Positions 24,292 to 34,652 of a DNA stretch of 64,000 nt are shown one piece after another; the stretch's first letter is position 1, and each line of letters starts with the position of its first letter. Made by a program: the position numbers and the translations under genes. The stretch comes from a bacterium. Its GTDB lineage: Bacteria > Verrucomicrobiota > Verrucomicrobiia > Limisphaerales > UBA11358. The stretch covers positions 61,114 to 125,113 of the forward strand of contig JAKALA010000003.1 of the NCBI GenBank assembly GCA_021813325.1, written 5' to 3'. The notes beneath the pieces were generated by a model. The model searched no databases and was not told the origin of the DNA. It saw nothing but the letters and a program-made list of their open reading frames with translations.

Positions 24292-27258
24292 TCACGCCAG
24301 CACGCCCTTCAAATACTGCCCCGTAAAACTCGCGGAACAACCAACGATCTTCTCCGGCGGTCCTTCCGCCACAATGCGACCGCCGCGCGAACCGCCTTCC
24401 GGCCCCAGATCGATAATCCAATCCGCCGTTTTGATGACATCCAGATTGTGCTCGATGATGACCAGCGTGTTGCCCGAATCGCGGAGCTTGAAAAGCACTT
24501 CCAGCAGTTTCGCCACGTCGTGAAAATGCAGGCCCGTCGTAGGCTCATCCAAAATATACAGCGTCTGGCCGGTCGCCTTGCGCGCCAGTTCCGTCGCCAG
24601 CTTGACGCGTTGCGCTTCGCCGCCGCTCAAGGTGGTGGCCTGTTGTCCAAGACGAATATAGCCCAGGCCCACTTGCGCAAGCGTTTCCAACGGAGCGGAA
24701 ATTTTCGGCACCGACCGGAAGAAATCCACGCCTTCATCCACGGTCATGTCCAAGACGTCCGCAATGTTTTTGCCCTTGAACGCGATCTCCAATGTTTCGC
24801 GATTGTAACGCTTGCCGTTGCAGGCTTCGCATGTCACGTAAACCGGCGGCAGAAAATTCATCTCGATTTTCAAAATGCCGTCGCCTTCGCATTTTTCACA
24901 ACGACCGCCCTTCACATTGAAACTGAATCGTCCCGGCTCGTAACCGCGAACCTTCGCCGCCGGCAACCGGGCAAACAGATCGCGAATCTGATTGAACATG
25001 CCCGTGTAAGTCGCGGGATTGCTGCGCGGCGTGCGGCCAATCGGCGATTGGTCAATCACAATGACCTTGTCCAAACCCTCGAATCCCTTGAGCGCCTTGT
25101 GCTCCCCCGGACGCTCTTTGGAACCGTAAAATTTTCGGAAAAGAGCGCGGCGCAATATGTCGTCCACGAACGTGGATTTGCCGGAACCACTGACACCGGT
25201 GACGCACGTCAACGTGCCCAGCGGAATGCGCGCATCGATGTTTTGCAGGTTGTTTTCCCGGGCCCCGATGATTTCCAGCCAGCCCTTGGCTTCGCTGGGT
25301 GGCGTGCGTTTCTTCGGAACGGGAATGTTTAATTCGCCCGTCAGATACTGGCCGGTCAGGGAATGCTTTGCGGCCAAAATTTCCGGCAAAGTTCCCGCCG
25401 CCACGAGTTCACCGCCATGCACGCCCGCGCCGGGGCCAAGGTCCAAAATGTAATCCGCCGCGCGAATGGTGTCGGCGTCATGCTCCACCACGAGCACCGT
25501 ATTCCCCAAATCGCGCAGACCCTTGAGCGTGGCGAGCAGCCGGTCGTTGTCGCGCTGATGCAGGCCAATGCTGGGTTCATCCAGCACATACAAAACGCCC
25601 ACCAGCGCCGCGCCGATTTGCGTGGCGAGCCGGATGCGCTGGGCTTCGCCGCCGGACAGTGTTCCGCTCTCGCGATCCAAAGTGAGATAGCCGAGGCCGA
25701 CGTTTTTGAGAAAACCCAGACGCGCGCGGATTTCCTTGATGACCTCGGCGGCGATCTTTTGCTGAAACTCCGTCAGCTTGAGATTGGCAAAAAATTCATC
25801 CGCCTTTTCGACTGACAAAGCACAAACATCCATGATCGACAGGCCGGGAATTCTCAGCGTTTTGGCCTTGGGATTTTGCGGTTTGAATTGCGAGGAATAC
25901 GCCGTGTCGCCCAGCGTCACGGCCAGGATTTCCGGTTTCAGGCGACGGCCTTTGCAAGCGTCGCAAAACTGCGGACTCATGTAAGCTTTGAGCCGGTTGC
26001 GGATGAATTCGCTTTTGCTGTCCGTGGCCAGACGTTCCAGGTTGGGCCGCACCCCTTCGAACGGGCGCGTGATGGAACTCACTTTGCCAGCGCGCCAAAA
26101 TTTGAATTCAATGTCGCGCTCGCCCGAACCGTTCAGCAAAACTTGTTTGAATTCCTCAGGCAAATCTTTGTAGGGCGTCTCGGTGCTGACGTTGAAATGC
26201 GCGGCCACGCTTCGCAACATGGCCTTGTAATAAATGATGAGGCGTTTGCCCGCGCGGCGCCACGGCTGAATGGCGCCGTCCAGCGGCAGTTCCGGGTCAG
26301 GAATGACGAGCGCCTCGTCAAAAACCATTTTCTGGCCCAGCCCATGACATACCGGACAGGCGCCGGACGGAGCGTTAAAGGAGAAATGTTTTGGCGTGGG
26401 CGGATCGTAACTTTTGCCCGTGGCGGGCGAACACATCTTGTTCGAGTGCAGCGTTTCAATCCAGTCAGCGGCTGCTGGATTGCTGCCGTTTTGAGGCCGG
26501 CTCACCGGAACGCTGGCTCCGCCTTCCGGTAATTGGTGCAACGCAAACATGACGCCATCGCCCAAGCGCAATGCCGTTTCCGTGGAATCGCCCAAGCGGA
26601 CGCGGATTTTCTCGTCCATCACCAGGCGATCCACAATCACCTCGATGTTGTGGTATTTCTTTTTGTCGAGCTTGATGCGGGCAAGGTTGTCGCCCAACTC
26701 CATCATTTCGCCATCCACCCGCACCCGCACAAAGCCTTCCCGCGCGAGGCGTTCGAAGACATCACGAAACTCGCCCTTTTGCCGGCGCACCACGGGCGCC
26801 AGCAGCATGACTTTCGTCTTCGGCGGCAAGGCGAAAATTTTATCCACAATCTCGCTGGTGCTCTGGGTCGAGATGGACACACCGGTTTCAGGGCAATGGC
26901 CCTGGCCGATGTGCGCGTAAAGCAGACGCAGGTAATCGTATATCTCCGTAGTGGTGGCAATGATGGAGCGCGGACTGCTGCCGGAACTGCGCTGTTCAAT
27001 GGCAATGGCGGGGGAAAGGCCCTCGATGAAATCCACGTCCGGCTTCTGCAACTGATCCAAAAACTGGCGGGCGTAGGCCGAAAGCGATTCGACGTATTTG
27101 CGCTGGCCTTCGGCGTATATGGTGTCAAATGCGAGCGATGATTTGCCGCTGCCGCTCAGCCCCGTGACGACGACCAATTTGTCGCGCGGAATCTGGAGCG
27201 AGAGGTTTTTCAGGTTGTGCTCGCGCGCGCCTCCGATCTTGATGAACTCTTTGCTCAT
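24292..27258 (-). CDS. uvrA: Excinuclease ABC subunit A
   Basis: [62 protein letters not shown], two ABC ATPase modules and zinc-finger Cys clusters. The ORF is open to 27387, but ATG 27258 (MSKEFIKI) is preferred. Confidence 0.97.
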   Translation of the reverse strand: MSKEFIKIGGAREHNLKNLSLQIPRDKLVVVTGLSGSGKSSLAFDTIYAEGQRKYVESLSAYARQFLDQLQKPDVDFIEGLSPAIAIEQRSSGSSPRSIIATTTEIYDYLRLLYAHIGQGHCPETGVSISTQSTSEIVDKIFALPPKTKVMLLAPVVRRQKGEFRDVFERLAREGFVRVRVDGEMMELGDNLARIKLDKKKYHNIEVIVDRLVMDEKIRVRLGDSTETALRLGDGVMFALHQLPEGGASVPVSRPQNGSNPAAADWIETLHSNKMCSPATGKSYDPPTPKHFSFNAPSGACPVCHGLGQKMVFDEALVIPDPELPLDGAIQPWRRAGKRLIIYYKAMLRSVAAHFNVSTETPYKDLPEEFKQVLLNGSGERDIEFKFWRAGKVSSITRPFEGVRPNLERLATDSKSEFIRNRLKAYMSPQFCDACKGRRLKPEILAVTLGDTAYSSQFKPQNPKAKTLRIPGLSIMDVCALSVEKADEFFANLKLTEFQQKIAAEVIKEIRARLGFLKNVGLGYLTLDRESGTLSGGEAQRIRLATQIGAALVGVLYVLDEPSIGLHQRDNDRLLATLKGLRDLGNTVLVVEHDADTIRAADYILDLGPGAGVHGGELVAAGTLPEILAAKHSLTGQYLTGELNIPVPKKRTPPSEAKGWLEIIGARENNLQNIDARIPLGTLTCVTGVSGSGKSTFVDDILRRALFRKFYGSKERPGEHKALKGFEGLDKVIVIDQSPIGRTPRSNPATYTGMFNQIRDLFARLPAAKVRGYEPGRFSFNVKGGRCEKCEGDGILKIEMNFLPPVYVTCEACNGKRYNRETLEIAFKGKNIADVLDMTVDEGVDFFRSVPKISAPLETLAQVGLGYIRLGQQATTLSGGEAQRVKLATELARKATGQTLYILDEPTTGLHFHDVAKLLEVLFKLRDSGNTLVIIEHNLDVIKTADWIIDLGPEGGSRGGRIVAEGPPEKIVGCSASFTGQYLKGVLA

Positions 27259-27449
27259 GTTGCGAATTTCACTTGGCACCGAAAGGTGGAAACTACGCCA
27301 AGACGCGCAGAAAGCAAATCCCGAGTTGGCAGAAATTGCAGTTAAACCTGGATTCCGCAATTGAAACGCAAGCGTCACGCGGAGCACCTTCTTGATAGTG
27401 TAATTACAGCGGCAGGTTCATAAATGCCGCAGGCATTATGCTGCGGCGT

Positions 27450-27766
27450 TTATGCTGCGGCTTGAACTTGCAGCGGACGGCGGGTTTTGCCCCAGACAGC
27501 GGGGACGACTTCGGGGATTTGGCGATTGGTCGGATTCGGCAGGCGCGTGAGGATTTCAGGGAGATACGCGTAAGGGTGAGGCCGCGCCGGCGGCAGCTTT
27601 CGATGATGGTGTAGATGATGGCGCTGCGCTGGCCAGCGTCGGCATCCCCGAAAAACAGCCAATTCTTTTTGCCAATAGCCGTGGGGCGAATGGCGTTCTC
27701 GACCAGATTATGCCGTGTCCTGGATTTGCGGCTATAAAATCGCATCGGGTCGGGGACCATGGCCAA
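27450..27766 (-). pseudogene. IS66-family transposase, C-terminal ~100-aa fragment with a frameshift
   Basis: HNLVENAIRPTAIGKKNWLFFGDADAGQRSAIIYTIIESCRRRGL appears in one frame. It continues as PYAYLPEILTRLPNPTNRQIPEVVPAVWGK in another frame (ORF 27450-27662). No N-terminal DDE region is present. Confidence 0.8.
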
Positions 27767-28165
27767 GTCTTGATCCCTGATCCACTAAATTACCTCAACC
27801 TGAAAACCGCAGTTGGGATAAATCGCGAACTACGCGATATACTCAAAAATTAAGCGCCCATTATAGTTTGCCCCGGCAAAATCTATTTACCCAACCGGTG
27901 AACGGCCCCACTTCTCCTTCCGCATGTTTGTCTTTCGCGGTTTCAATTGCGCAGATTCGGCTTAAAGCCCGGAGGTATCCGTTTTTATTGCGGCAGACCA
28001 TGTGCGGATGAGGGAGATTTCACGGTAAAAGACGGCTTTCCTCCGGGAGATAATCCTTATGGACGACTATCTGGTCCGGCGCGGTTGATATAATCTCTGC
28101 TCCGAATTTAAAGGCCCATAAATACTGTGGCGGCGCGTTTTGTTCGTTCCGGGCAAATGTTGTAT

Positions 28166-29029
28166 ATGTTCAAAATATCGATTGGCTCATTGGCTCTTGG
28201 TTTGGTGCTTGGCGCAATCCTCGCTCCGGTTTTCCCGACGCAGGCTGAAACCGTATTGTTCGCGGACACCTTCAATCGTGCCGACAGCCGGAATGTTGAC
28301 GCCACCTTGACGGGTATTACGGATAACACGGGAGAAGGTTTTGCTGGTGACGATGTTTATACGCATGCTTTCATTGACCCCAATAATGCCCCGCCGGCCT
28401 ATGGCGTGCAGGATGGCAGCGCCGGCAATGGCGGTGGAGCGCAAATCAGCGGTAATACCCTCCAGTTGGCGGTGGGCGCAGGCACCTCGGACGCTTTCAT
28501 TAATCACAATTTTACCAATGCGAGCATCCTGGCGAGCGGCGGATTCAGCGTGTCCGTTGACATTACGACCGTGAATCAGAGCAGCACTGGCCAAGGCGGG
28601 AGCTTTGCGGTCGGCATGTCACTGGCGGAGGCTCAAAGTTGCGAGGACGCCTACAGCGGCGCTCACCGCTATCAATCGGCATTCGCCAACGCGATTGGTG
28701 ATTCTGTTCCGATGCAGATCGTCTCTGACTTTTGGGTGGCTCTGCGCGCCGACGGGGCGCTGGTGTGGGGTGGGGCACCTGGCACCATCATCACGGGCGT
28801 CACCGGCCTTTCCAAAACCGGCACGATCAAGGTGGATTTTTTCTGCTCTGGCTTCAACTCAGGCAGCCTCGTTAATTACGAGATGTTCTACAATGGCGCT
28901 TCGAAAGGAACCGGTTCTTTCACCTGGAGCGGCCCCGGCGAAAATTACCTCGGCCTCGACGCGCGCGACAACACGGCCGTTGGGTTCGACAAGGCACCGC
29001 GCCGTGGAGCAGCCTGCCGGCGGAAGTGA
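28166..29029 (+). CDS. Secreted protein consisting of one copy of an uncharacterised LamG-like module. It ends at an in-frame TGA that separates it from the sulfatase remnant
   Basis: Signal peptide MFKISIGSLALGLVLGAILAPVFPTQA. Motifs FADTFNRADS, GNTLQLAVG, HNFTNASILASGGFSVSVDIT, FAVGMS, DFWV, FCSGFNSGS and GENYLGLDAR are shared with two other proteins in the window. Confidence 0.7.
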   Translation: MFKISIGSLALGLVLGAILAPVFPTQAETVLFADTFNRADSRNVDATLTGITDNTGEGFAGDDVYTHAFIDPNNAPPAYGVQDGSAGNGGGAQISGNTLQLAVGAGTSDAFINHNFTNASILASGGFSVSVDITTVNQSSTGQGGSFAVGMSLAEAQSCEDAYSGAHRYQSAFANAIGDSVPMQIVSDFWVALRADGALVWGGAPGTIITGVTGLSKTGTIKVDFFCSGFNSGSLVNYEMFYNGASKGTGSFTWSGPGENYLGLDARDNTAVGFDKAPRRGAACRRK

Positions 29030-29083
29030 TTCAACCTTGGAGCGCACTGTCGTCCAACCGCCAGTGCGGATCTGGCCCGGCGC

Positions 29084-31048
29084 ATGGCCGTCTATGCCGC
29101 CATGGTTCAAAAGATGGATGAAAACATCGGGCGCGTGGTGAAACGGCTGAAGGATGTGGGGCAATTGGACAACACGCTGATTTTTGCCCTGTCGGACAAC
29201 GGCGGAAATTACGAAGGCGGTGTGCTGGGGCAGACCGGTGGCACGCCCAATGCCCAGCCGGTGACCGGGTCGGCTTTGGAAAGCATGGGCCTGAGCGGTC
29301 AGCCGGTCATTTATTTGGGCGGCGGCTGGGCGCATGTCAGCAATACGCCGTTCCGCTTGTATAAACACTTCAACCACGGCGGCGGCAATCGCACGCCGTT
29401 CATCGTGCACTGGCCGCAGGGACTCACCCGCACCAATCAATGGGACGATCAAGTGGGGCATCTGATTGACATCATGGCCACCATTGTTGACGTCACCGGG
29501 GTCAGCTATCCCACCCAGTTCGACAATCATGTGGTGCTGCCGCTGGAAGGCCAGAGTTTGAAGGCTGTGTTCACCGCCAGCAATGATGTGCCGCGCACCC
29601 TGGGTTTCGAGCATGAGAGCAACCGCGCGTGGATTAGCGGAAATTGGAAGTTTGTGACCAAAAACTTTGATCTGGTCACGGGCACTTCCCCCGCGGATGA
29701 ACTGGAACTTTACGATCTCAGCAAGGATGGATCAGAGATGACCAATCTCGCATCTGCCCAGCCCGTTCTCTTGAACCAAATGGTTACTAACTGGAATGCT
29801 TGGGCAACCCGCGTGGGCTTGCCCGCCAGCCGGCTGGTTTCGCTTGATGCCAGCCAATCGGCATTGCTCCCGGCCACCAATGCCGGCGACTTGTTTGTGG
29901 ATACGTTTACCCGGTCAAACAGCACGGATGCCGATGCGAGTGCGGAAGGAATGTGGGGATCGCGCGTGCCGCCGCTGGGCGCCAGTGCCACCTACTACGA
30001 GGGTTACGAAGGTAGCGGTTCGGCTACCTCCATCGAAGTCGCCAACAACTGCCTCAAGATGGCGGTGGGCTGCGGCATGAGCGAAAATGGCATCATGCAT
30101 AATTTCGTCGGACAGGACATCGCGGATGCGGGAGGATTCAGCGTCGAATTGAACGTGCAGGCCATCAATAGCGACATTTCGGACGCGGCCAACCGCTATG
30201 TCGGCTTCGGCGTCGGGCTGTCCCAGACGGAGGCCGCCGCCGGTGGAGATGTCAGCGATACCACCGGAATTCTTTTCCGGGGCAAGACCGCCAATACGGC
30301 CAATCTTGGTGTGTCGGATTTCTTCGTGGAGCTGGACATCGAAGGCAATGTGAAGGTGTGGAGCAACGGCACGCTGCTGGACACGGTTTCGGTTGGTCAA
30401 AATTACGGAACGCTCACCGCCAGTTTTGCGTGCTCCGGATTTACCACCAACGATACTGTCACCGTCACCGTCTTCTTCAATGGCCAGCCGGTGGACATCA
30501 ACCCGGCGGATGCCAATTCCATGAGCCGGACCTTCAAATGGGATCACAACAACAGCAACTACATCGGTCTGAGCGCCCGCGCTTCGAACTACACGCAGAT
30601 GGACAATCTGGCCATTCGCAAGCTGCCATTGGCCAGCGGCCTGGTCATCGACTACGCCTTGCAACACGGGCTTGCCGGGGCCGATGCCGCGCCCGGCGCG
30701 GATCCGGATGGCGACGGCATCAACAACTTTGGCGAATGGGCTTTTGGCGGTGATCCGGTGGCCCAGGATCCCCTGATCGCCAGCCTCCGAGGCGCCTTGA
30801 TTTCGCCCACCCGCGATTTCCAGTTTGATTACCAGCGCTTGATTAATGCGGCCAGCTATCGCGTGCAATACCGCTGTTTCGTGTCGGAAGATTTGAACAC
30901 TTGGACCGAAACCGCGCCCGTTGAAATCAATGCGTCCACGAATGAGGACAGTCCGGATTACGAAATCGTGACCATCCAGTTGCCGGCCGCCGCCATCGCG
31001 GGCAAAGACCGGCTGTTCCTCCGCGTGCTGGCCGAACCGGCGAACTGA
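29084..31048 (+). CDS. 5'-truncated sulfatase (C-terminal subdomain only) fused to a LamG-like module and a Ca-binding-like C-terminal domain. Probably a gene remnant
   Basis: It starts in mid-sulfatase (MAVYAAMVQKMDENIGRVV...LIFALSDNGG). There is no signal peptide and no N-terminal catalytic Cys/Ser-x-P-x-R region. The LamG-like module spans 29888-30622. DPDGDGINNFGEWAFGGDP is a thrombospondin-type-3-like motif. Confidence 0.6.
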   Translation: MAVYAAMVQKMDENIGRVVKRLKDVGQLDNTLIFALSDNGGNYEGGVLGQTGGTPNAQPVTGSALESMGLSGQPVIYLGGGWAHVSNTPFRLYKHFNHGGGNRTPFIVHWPQGLTRTNQWDDQVGHLIDIMATIVDVTGVSYPTQFDNHVVLPLEGQSLKAVFTASNDVPRTLGFEHESNRAWISGNWKFVTKNFDLVTGTSPADELELYDLSKDGSEMTNLASAQPVLLNQMVTNWNAWATRVGLPASRLVSLDASQSALLPATNAGDLFVDTFTRSNSTDADASAEGMWGSRVPPLGASATYYEGYEGSGSATSIEVANNCLKMAVGCGMSENGIMHNFVGQDIADAGGFSVELNVQAINSDISDAANRYVGFGVGLSQTEAAAGGDVSDTTGILFRGKTANTANLGVSDFFVELDIEGNVKVWSNGTLLDTVSVGQNYGTLTASFACSGFTTNDTVTVTVFFNGQPVDINPADANSMSRTFKWDHNNSNYIGLSARASNYTQMDNLAIRKLPLASGLVIDYALQHGLAGADAAPGADPDGDGINNFGEWAFGGDPVAQDPLIASLRGALISPTRDFQFDYQRLINAASYRVQYRCFVSEDLNTWTETAPVEINASTNEDSPDYEIVTIQLPAAAIAGKDRLFLRVLAEPAN

Positions 31049-31237
31049 ACTCTGCCGTGAAACAGGCGTCGCGCCTGTCTGTAGCGCTTCAAAATCCGGC
31101 CGGCGAATGGGGCGATGCCTGGCCTGCTTCAACGCCGCCCGGGAAGTTGTTTTGTGAAATTAGGGACCGGCGCGATGCCTGGCCCACAACCGTCTTGCAC
31201 CGCCATTCAACGGACCGGTTGCGACCGCAGGCCGATT

Positions 31238-34200
31238 TCAAATCGGCGGGAGGTGAAAAGAAACCACGGTTCCCTGGCCGGGCGCGCTTTTGATTTCTGT
31301 GCGGCCGCCCTCGTTTTCCAGGCGTTGTTTCATGTTCCCCAGGCCGTTGCCGCGCCGGCCAGACGCGGCGCTGGTTGCGAAGCCGCGTCCGTTGTCCTCA
31401 ACGCAAATGACCACGCCGGTTGCGGGCGCTTCGACCCGCAGCCGGACTTCCGTGGCGCCGGAATGGCGGGCGACATTGTTGGTGGCTGCTTTGAAGGCCA
31501 AAAACAGATGGTGCCGCAATTCCGCCGAGAGCGGCGGCGCCGGTAGTTCCTTGGGAATGTCCAACCGGCAGCGGATGCCGGTGGGCCGAAAAAATTCTTC
31601 GGCGAAGTGTCCCAGATAATTGACCAGTTCGAGCAGGGAATCGTTCTTCGGGTTCACGGCCCAGACGATTTCATCGAGCGCGGTGACCATTTCCCGGGCG
31701 CGGTCCCGCACCTGCTGGATGATTTCGCGAGATTCGGAGGGCGGCGTTTGGTCGCGATTGGCGAGGGCGCTGAGCAGACCGATCTGCGTGAGGCTGGTGC
31801 CCAGTTCATCGTGCAGATCCCGGGCGATGCGGGTGCGTTCGCGTTCCATTTCGCGCTGGCGTTGGACAATTTCCAGTTTGCGCCGGTAGCGCCGTCTTTG
31901 CGCCAGGGCCACGACGAGACCCAAGGCCGTGAGCGCCGCGGTGATGAGGCCGGCTTTGAACCACCAGGTTTCCCAGAAGTGCGGCAGGATGGTGAAGGCC
32001 AGCGTGTCGCCGGCTTCGTTCCAGACTCCTTCATTGTTGCACGCCATGACATGGAACCGGTAGGCGCCCGGCAGCAACGGGCCGTAGCCAATGAACCGCT
32101 GGCCGCCGATGCTGTGCCAATCCGCGTCCACACCGTCCAGTTTGACGCGGAAACGGACGCCGTCCGGCGCGGCAAAATTCAGGCCGGTGAAGCGAAATTG
32201 CACATAATGCCGGCCCGGCTCGATCTGAATCTGAGTTGATGGCGCAGGGACGGAAGCGCCGCCGGATCGAATCGGCAGGGCGCCGGGTTTGCCGTTGATC
32301 AGCATTTCTTCGATGATGACCCTCGGCGGCACACGGTTGGGAGTCAGGTTAAGGGGGTTCACGCTGACCACGCCGTTCGCGGTGGTGAACCAAAGTTGCC
32401 CGTCTGGCGCCCGCCAGCAGGAAGGTTGAAAACCGCTGGAGCATTCCAGGGAAGGCAAGCCGTCGTAGCGGCCATACTCGCGGCAGGACACCCGTTTTTC
32501 CCGGCCGGCGGCGACCGCCGCCAAGTCGGCCTTGTTCGCCCGGAAAATACCGGCGTAGGTGCCCGCCCAGAGATAACCGTCGTGGCTGTCCAGCAGTTGC
32601 GAAATATTATTGTCGGGGAGCCGGTTGTCGGTGGTGCAGCGCGTGAATTTCCCGTCGTGAAAGCGCAACAGTCCGCCGCCCAAAGTTCCCACCCAGACCA
32701 CGCCGTTGGCATCGGGGAGCAAGGCGGAGATCCGCGCGGAAGGCCAGCCGGCCGGCGGCGTGAAACAGGTGAAATGGCCCCCGTCATACTTCCAGAGGTC
32801 TCCCGGTCCGGTGCCGATCCAAAGCCCGCCGGTCTCATCTTCCGCGAGGGCGCCAACCGCTTGGTTGTCCACAAAGCCGGCGGCGGCGCCGAGCTGTTTG
32901 AAAACGCCATTCGTGCGCAGAAACAAATCCACCAAACTGCCCACCCATAATTGATCGTGCCGGTCGGAATACAAAACCCGCACGGACCGGCCAAATTGTT
33001 CCGCTGTGGGAACAGGGATGGTCTGTCCGGCGTCCAGCCGCATCATGCCGTGATTGAGGCTGCCCACCCACAACCCGCCTGTTTGATCGGGAACCACGGT
33101 GATGCTTTCGATCGGAGCGCCGTCTGCCCGGGGAATTTCCACCTGGGCGAACTTCCCACCTTGCAGCGAAGCCAGCCCGCCGGCGAGCGTGCCGGCCCAA
33201 ACTTTCCCCCCGGTGTCAACGCAAACGGAACGCACCACTTTCCCGGGCAATCCTTCCTCCTCGCCATACACGCGGAAAATGCTTTCGCGGATGCGGGCAA
33301 TGCCGCCTCCGGCTGTGCCAACCCAGACATCGCCTTCGCTGTCTTGAAACCAGCAGGTGATGAATTCGCTCGGCAGGCCGTCGGTTTTGGTCAGGTGATA
33401 CGCCGCCCCCTTTGCCGTTACATGCCACAAGCCGTTGCCGGAGCTGATCAGCCAGGCATTGCCCTGGGCGTCGCCGTAAAGTTGAAATTGGGATGGATTC
33501 AGGGGGTAGCCCACTGGCCGGTGCCACGGCTGGGCTTCGGCCACCCACTGGCCGTTCAGGCATTTGCGCAGGTGGTCTTGTTCGAGCACCCAGAGGCCGC
33601 CGTCGCCGCTGAACGCCATGGCGCAAATGGAGGTGGGCGGAGGACCGTTGGTCGGGGTGCAATCTTCAAAGGCATTTCCGTTCCAGCGCTCCACATGCCG
33701 GCGGGTCGTCATCCACAGTTGGCGCCGGGCGTCCAATGCCACGTCCACCACCACGGTGCCGGTCTGGCCGGGAAACCGGATCTGGCGCTCAAATTTATGG
33801 TCTTGATATTTGGCCAGGTGGCGGGCCTGAGTGACAAACCAGACCACGCCATTTTCATCTTCTACGAACGATTCGATTTGCGGTTGCACCTTGGGATGCG
33901 GATCCAGCAAGGTCCAGCCATTGGTGTCCTGGTCCAAGTTGAGCTGGGCCAGATAGGGAAATTCGCCGGCGAACAAGACGAGGTTGGATCGACAGCTCAA
34001 CACGCTTTCGGCGCGCAGCCGGGGCCGGCTGCGCGGCTGGCGGTAAAGATGAAACCCTCCCTCTTGCCAGGCGGCGATGGATTCGTTGCCCATGATGACC
34101 CAGAGCCGGCCGGCGGCATCCACGCTCAAGTGTTCCACCTGGACATCTTTCAGCGCCGGCGTGTTTTGCTGGTTGAAAACCACAAAACGCACGCCGTCAA

Positions 34201-34435
34201 ACCGGGCCAGGCCGCCGTAGCGGGTGCCAATCCAAAGATATCCATCCGGCGTTTGCGCGATGCTGGAAACCCAGTTTTGCGGGAGGCCGTTGTCAGTTTG
34301 CCAGGTGTGAATCAGGTATTTCTGGCCGGAATTCGTTTGGGCCCGGACGCTGGAGCCGGCCAGCAATGCGCAAAAACTGAAAACGAGCAGGCGGACAAAC
34401 TGGCGGTGGGTGAGCACGGTGGGACAATTAGCCAT
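31238..34435 (-). CDS. Sensor histidine kinase with a periplasmic two-component-regulator beta-propeller and Y_Y_Y-like domains (HisKA_3/NarX-type transmitter)
   Basis: Repeated propeller blades (LWIGT, LWVGT, VWVGT, LWAGT...), a TM helix, H-box RIARDLHDELG and HATPase motifs ATNNVARHS and DNGRGF. Confidence 0.9.
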   Translation of the reverse strand: MANCPTVLTHRQFVRLLVFSFCALLAGSSVRAQTNSGQKYLIHTWQTDNGLPQNWVSSIAQTPDGYLWIGTRYGGLARFDGVRFVVFNQQNTPALKDVQVEHLSVDAAGRLWVIMGNESIAAWQEGGFHLYRQPRSRPRLRAESVLSCRSNLVLFAGEFPYLAQLNLDQDTNGWTLLDPHPKVQPQIESFVEDENGVVWFVTQARHLAKYQDHKFERQIRFPGQTGTVVVDVALDARRQLWMTTRRHVERWNGNAFEDCTPTNGPPPTSICAMAFSGDGGLWVLEQDHLRKCLNGQWVAEAQPWHRPVGYPLNPSQFQLYGDAQGNAWLISSGNGLWHVTAKGAAYHLTKTDGLPSEFITCWFQDSEGDVWVGTAGGGIARIRESIFRVYGEEEGLPGKVVRSVCVDTGGKVWAGTLAGGLASLQGGKFAQVEIPRADGAPIESITVVPDQTGGLWVGSLNHGMMRLDAGQTIPVPTAEQFGRSVRVLYSDRHDQLWVGSLVDLFLRTNGVFKQLGAAAGFVDNQAVGALAEDETGGLWIGTGPGDLWKYDGGHFTCFTPPAGWPSARISALLPDANGVVWVGTLGGGLLRFHDGKFTRCTTDNRLPDNNISQLLDSHDGYLWAGTYAGIFRANKADLAAVAAGREKRVSCREYGRYDGLPSLECSSGFQPSCWRAPDGQLWFTTANGVVSVNPLNLTPNRVPPRVIIEEMLINGKPGALPIRSGGASVPAPSTQIQIEPGRHYVQFRFTGLNFAAPDGVRFRVKLDGVDADWHSIGGQRFIGYGPLLPGAYRFHVMACNNEGVWNEAGDTLAFTILPHFWETWWFKAGLITAALTALGLVVALAQRRRYRRKLEIVQRQREMERERTRIARDLHDELGTSLTQIGLLSALANRDQTPPSESREIIQQVRDRAREMVTALDEIVWAVNPKNDSLLELVNYLGHFAEEFFRPTGIRCRLDIPKELPAPPLSAELRHHLFLAFKAATNNVARHSGATEVRLRVEAPATGVVICVEDNGRGFATSAASGRRGNGLGNMKQRLENEGGRTEIKSAPGQGTVVSFHLPPI

Positions 34436-34652
34436 TTTCAGGATTCAGTGCAATGCGTCTTTTGCATTCTGTTTTTTGACCGGGAAAAATTACCGGTGTC
34501 GCCATGCGCGGCGAGGAAATCGGAACCAGGGATGGCTCATCGCTTTGGACGATTGTTTAAAGTGACGGCTGTTTTAGACTCGTAACAACCCTTTTTTGAA
34601 GCGATTGCCATAACCAATCGCCGTAATTAGAACCCTCAAATCCATCAAGCAA

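Noticed and set aside
27354-27952. A 12-nt inverted repeat, CGCAATTGAAAC (27356-27367) against GTTTCAATTGCG (27940-27951), flanking the IS66 remnant, considered as possible IS termini.
   Set aside because: It is short and centred on the self-complementary CAATTG. The left copy lies in the uvrA 5' leader outside the expected IS end. IS66 termini normally begin GTAAGCG-like. This is probably chance.
29027-29029. The in-frame TGA between the LamG-like ORF and the sulfatase remnant, considered as selenocysteine or programmed readthrough.
   Set aside because: Homology to both flanking families breaks down around the codon. A frame change is needed to follow the sulfatase-like sequence. I saw no SECIS-like hairpin immediately downstream. 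Pseudogenisation or a deletion fusion is the simpler explanation.
29915-31132. Long antisense ORFs opposite annotated genes: 29915-31132(-), 41834-42709(-), 43847-44614(-), 44783-45469(-), 46637-47503(+), 49764-50792(+), 52659-53825(+), 55893-57164(+), 58543-59535(-), 24448-25332(+), 25876-26532(+) and 21452-22054(+).
   Set aside because: Each overlaps, on the opposite strand, a gene with strong family signatures. Their compositions are biased and no domains are recognisable. They were treated as GC-driven shadow ORFs.
32951-34585. A 544-aa plus-strand ORF opposite the propeller sensor kinase.
   Set aside because: It is a shadow ORF. The kinase strand carries the clear beta-propeller repeats, while this frame is Gly/Ala/Pro/Arg-biased with no motifs.
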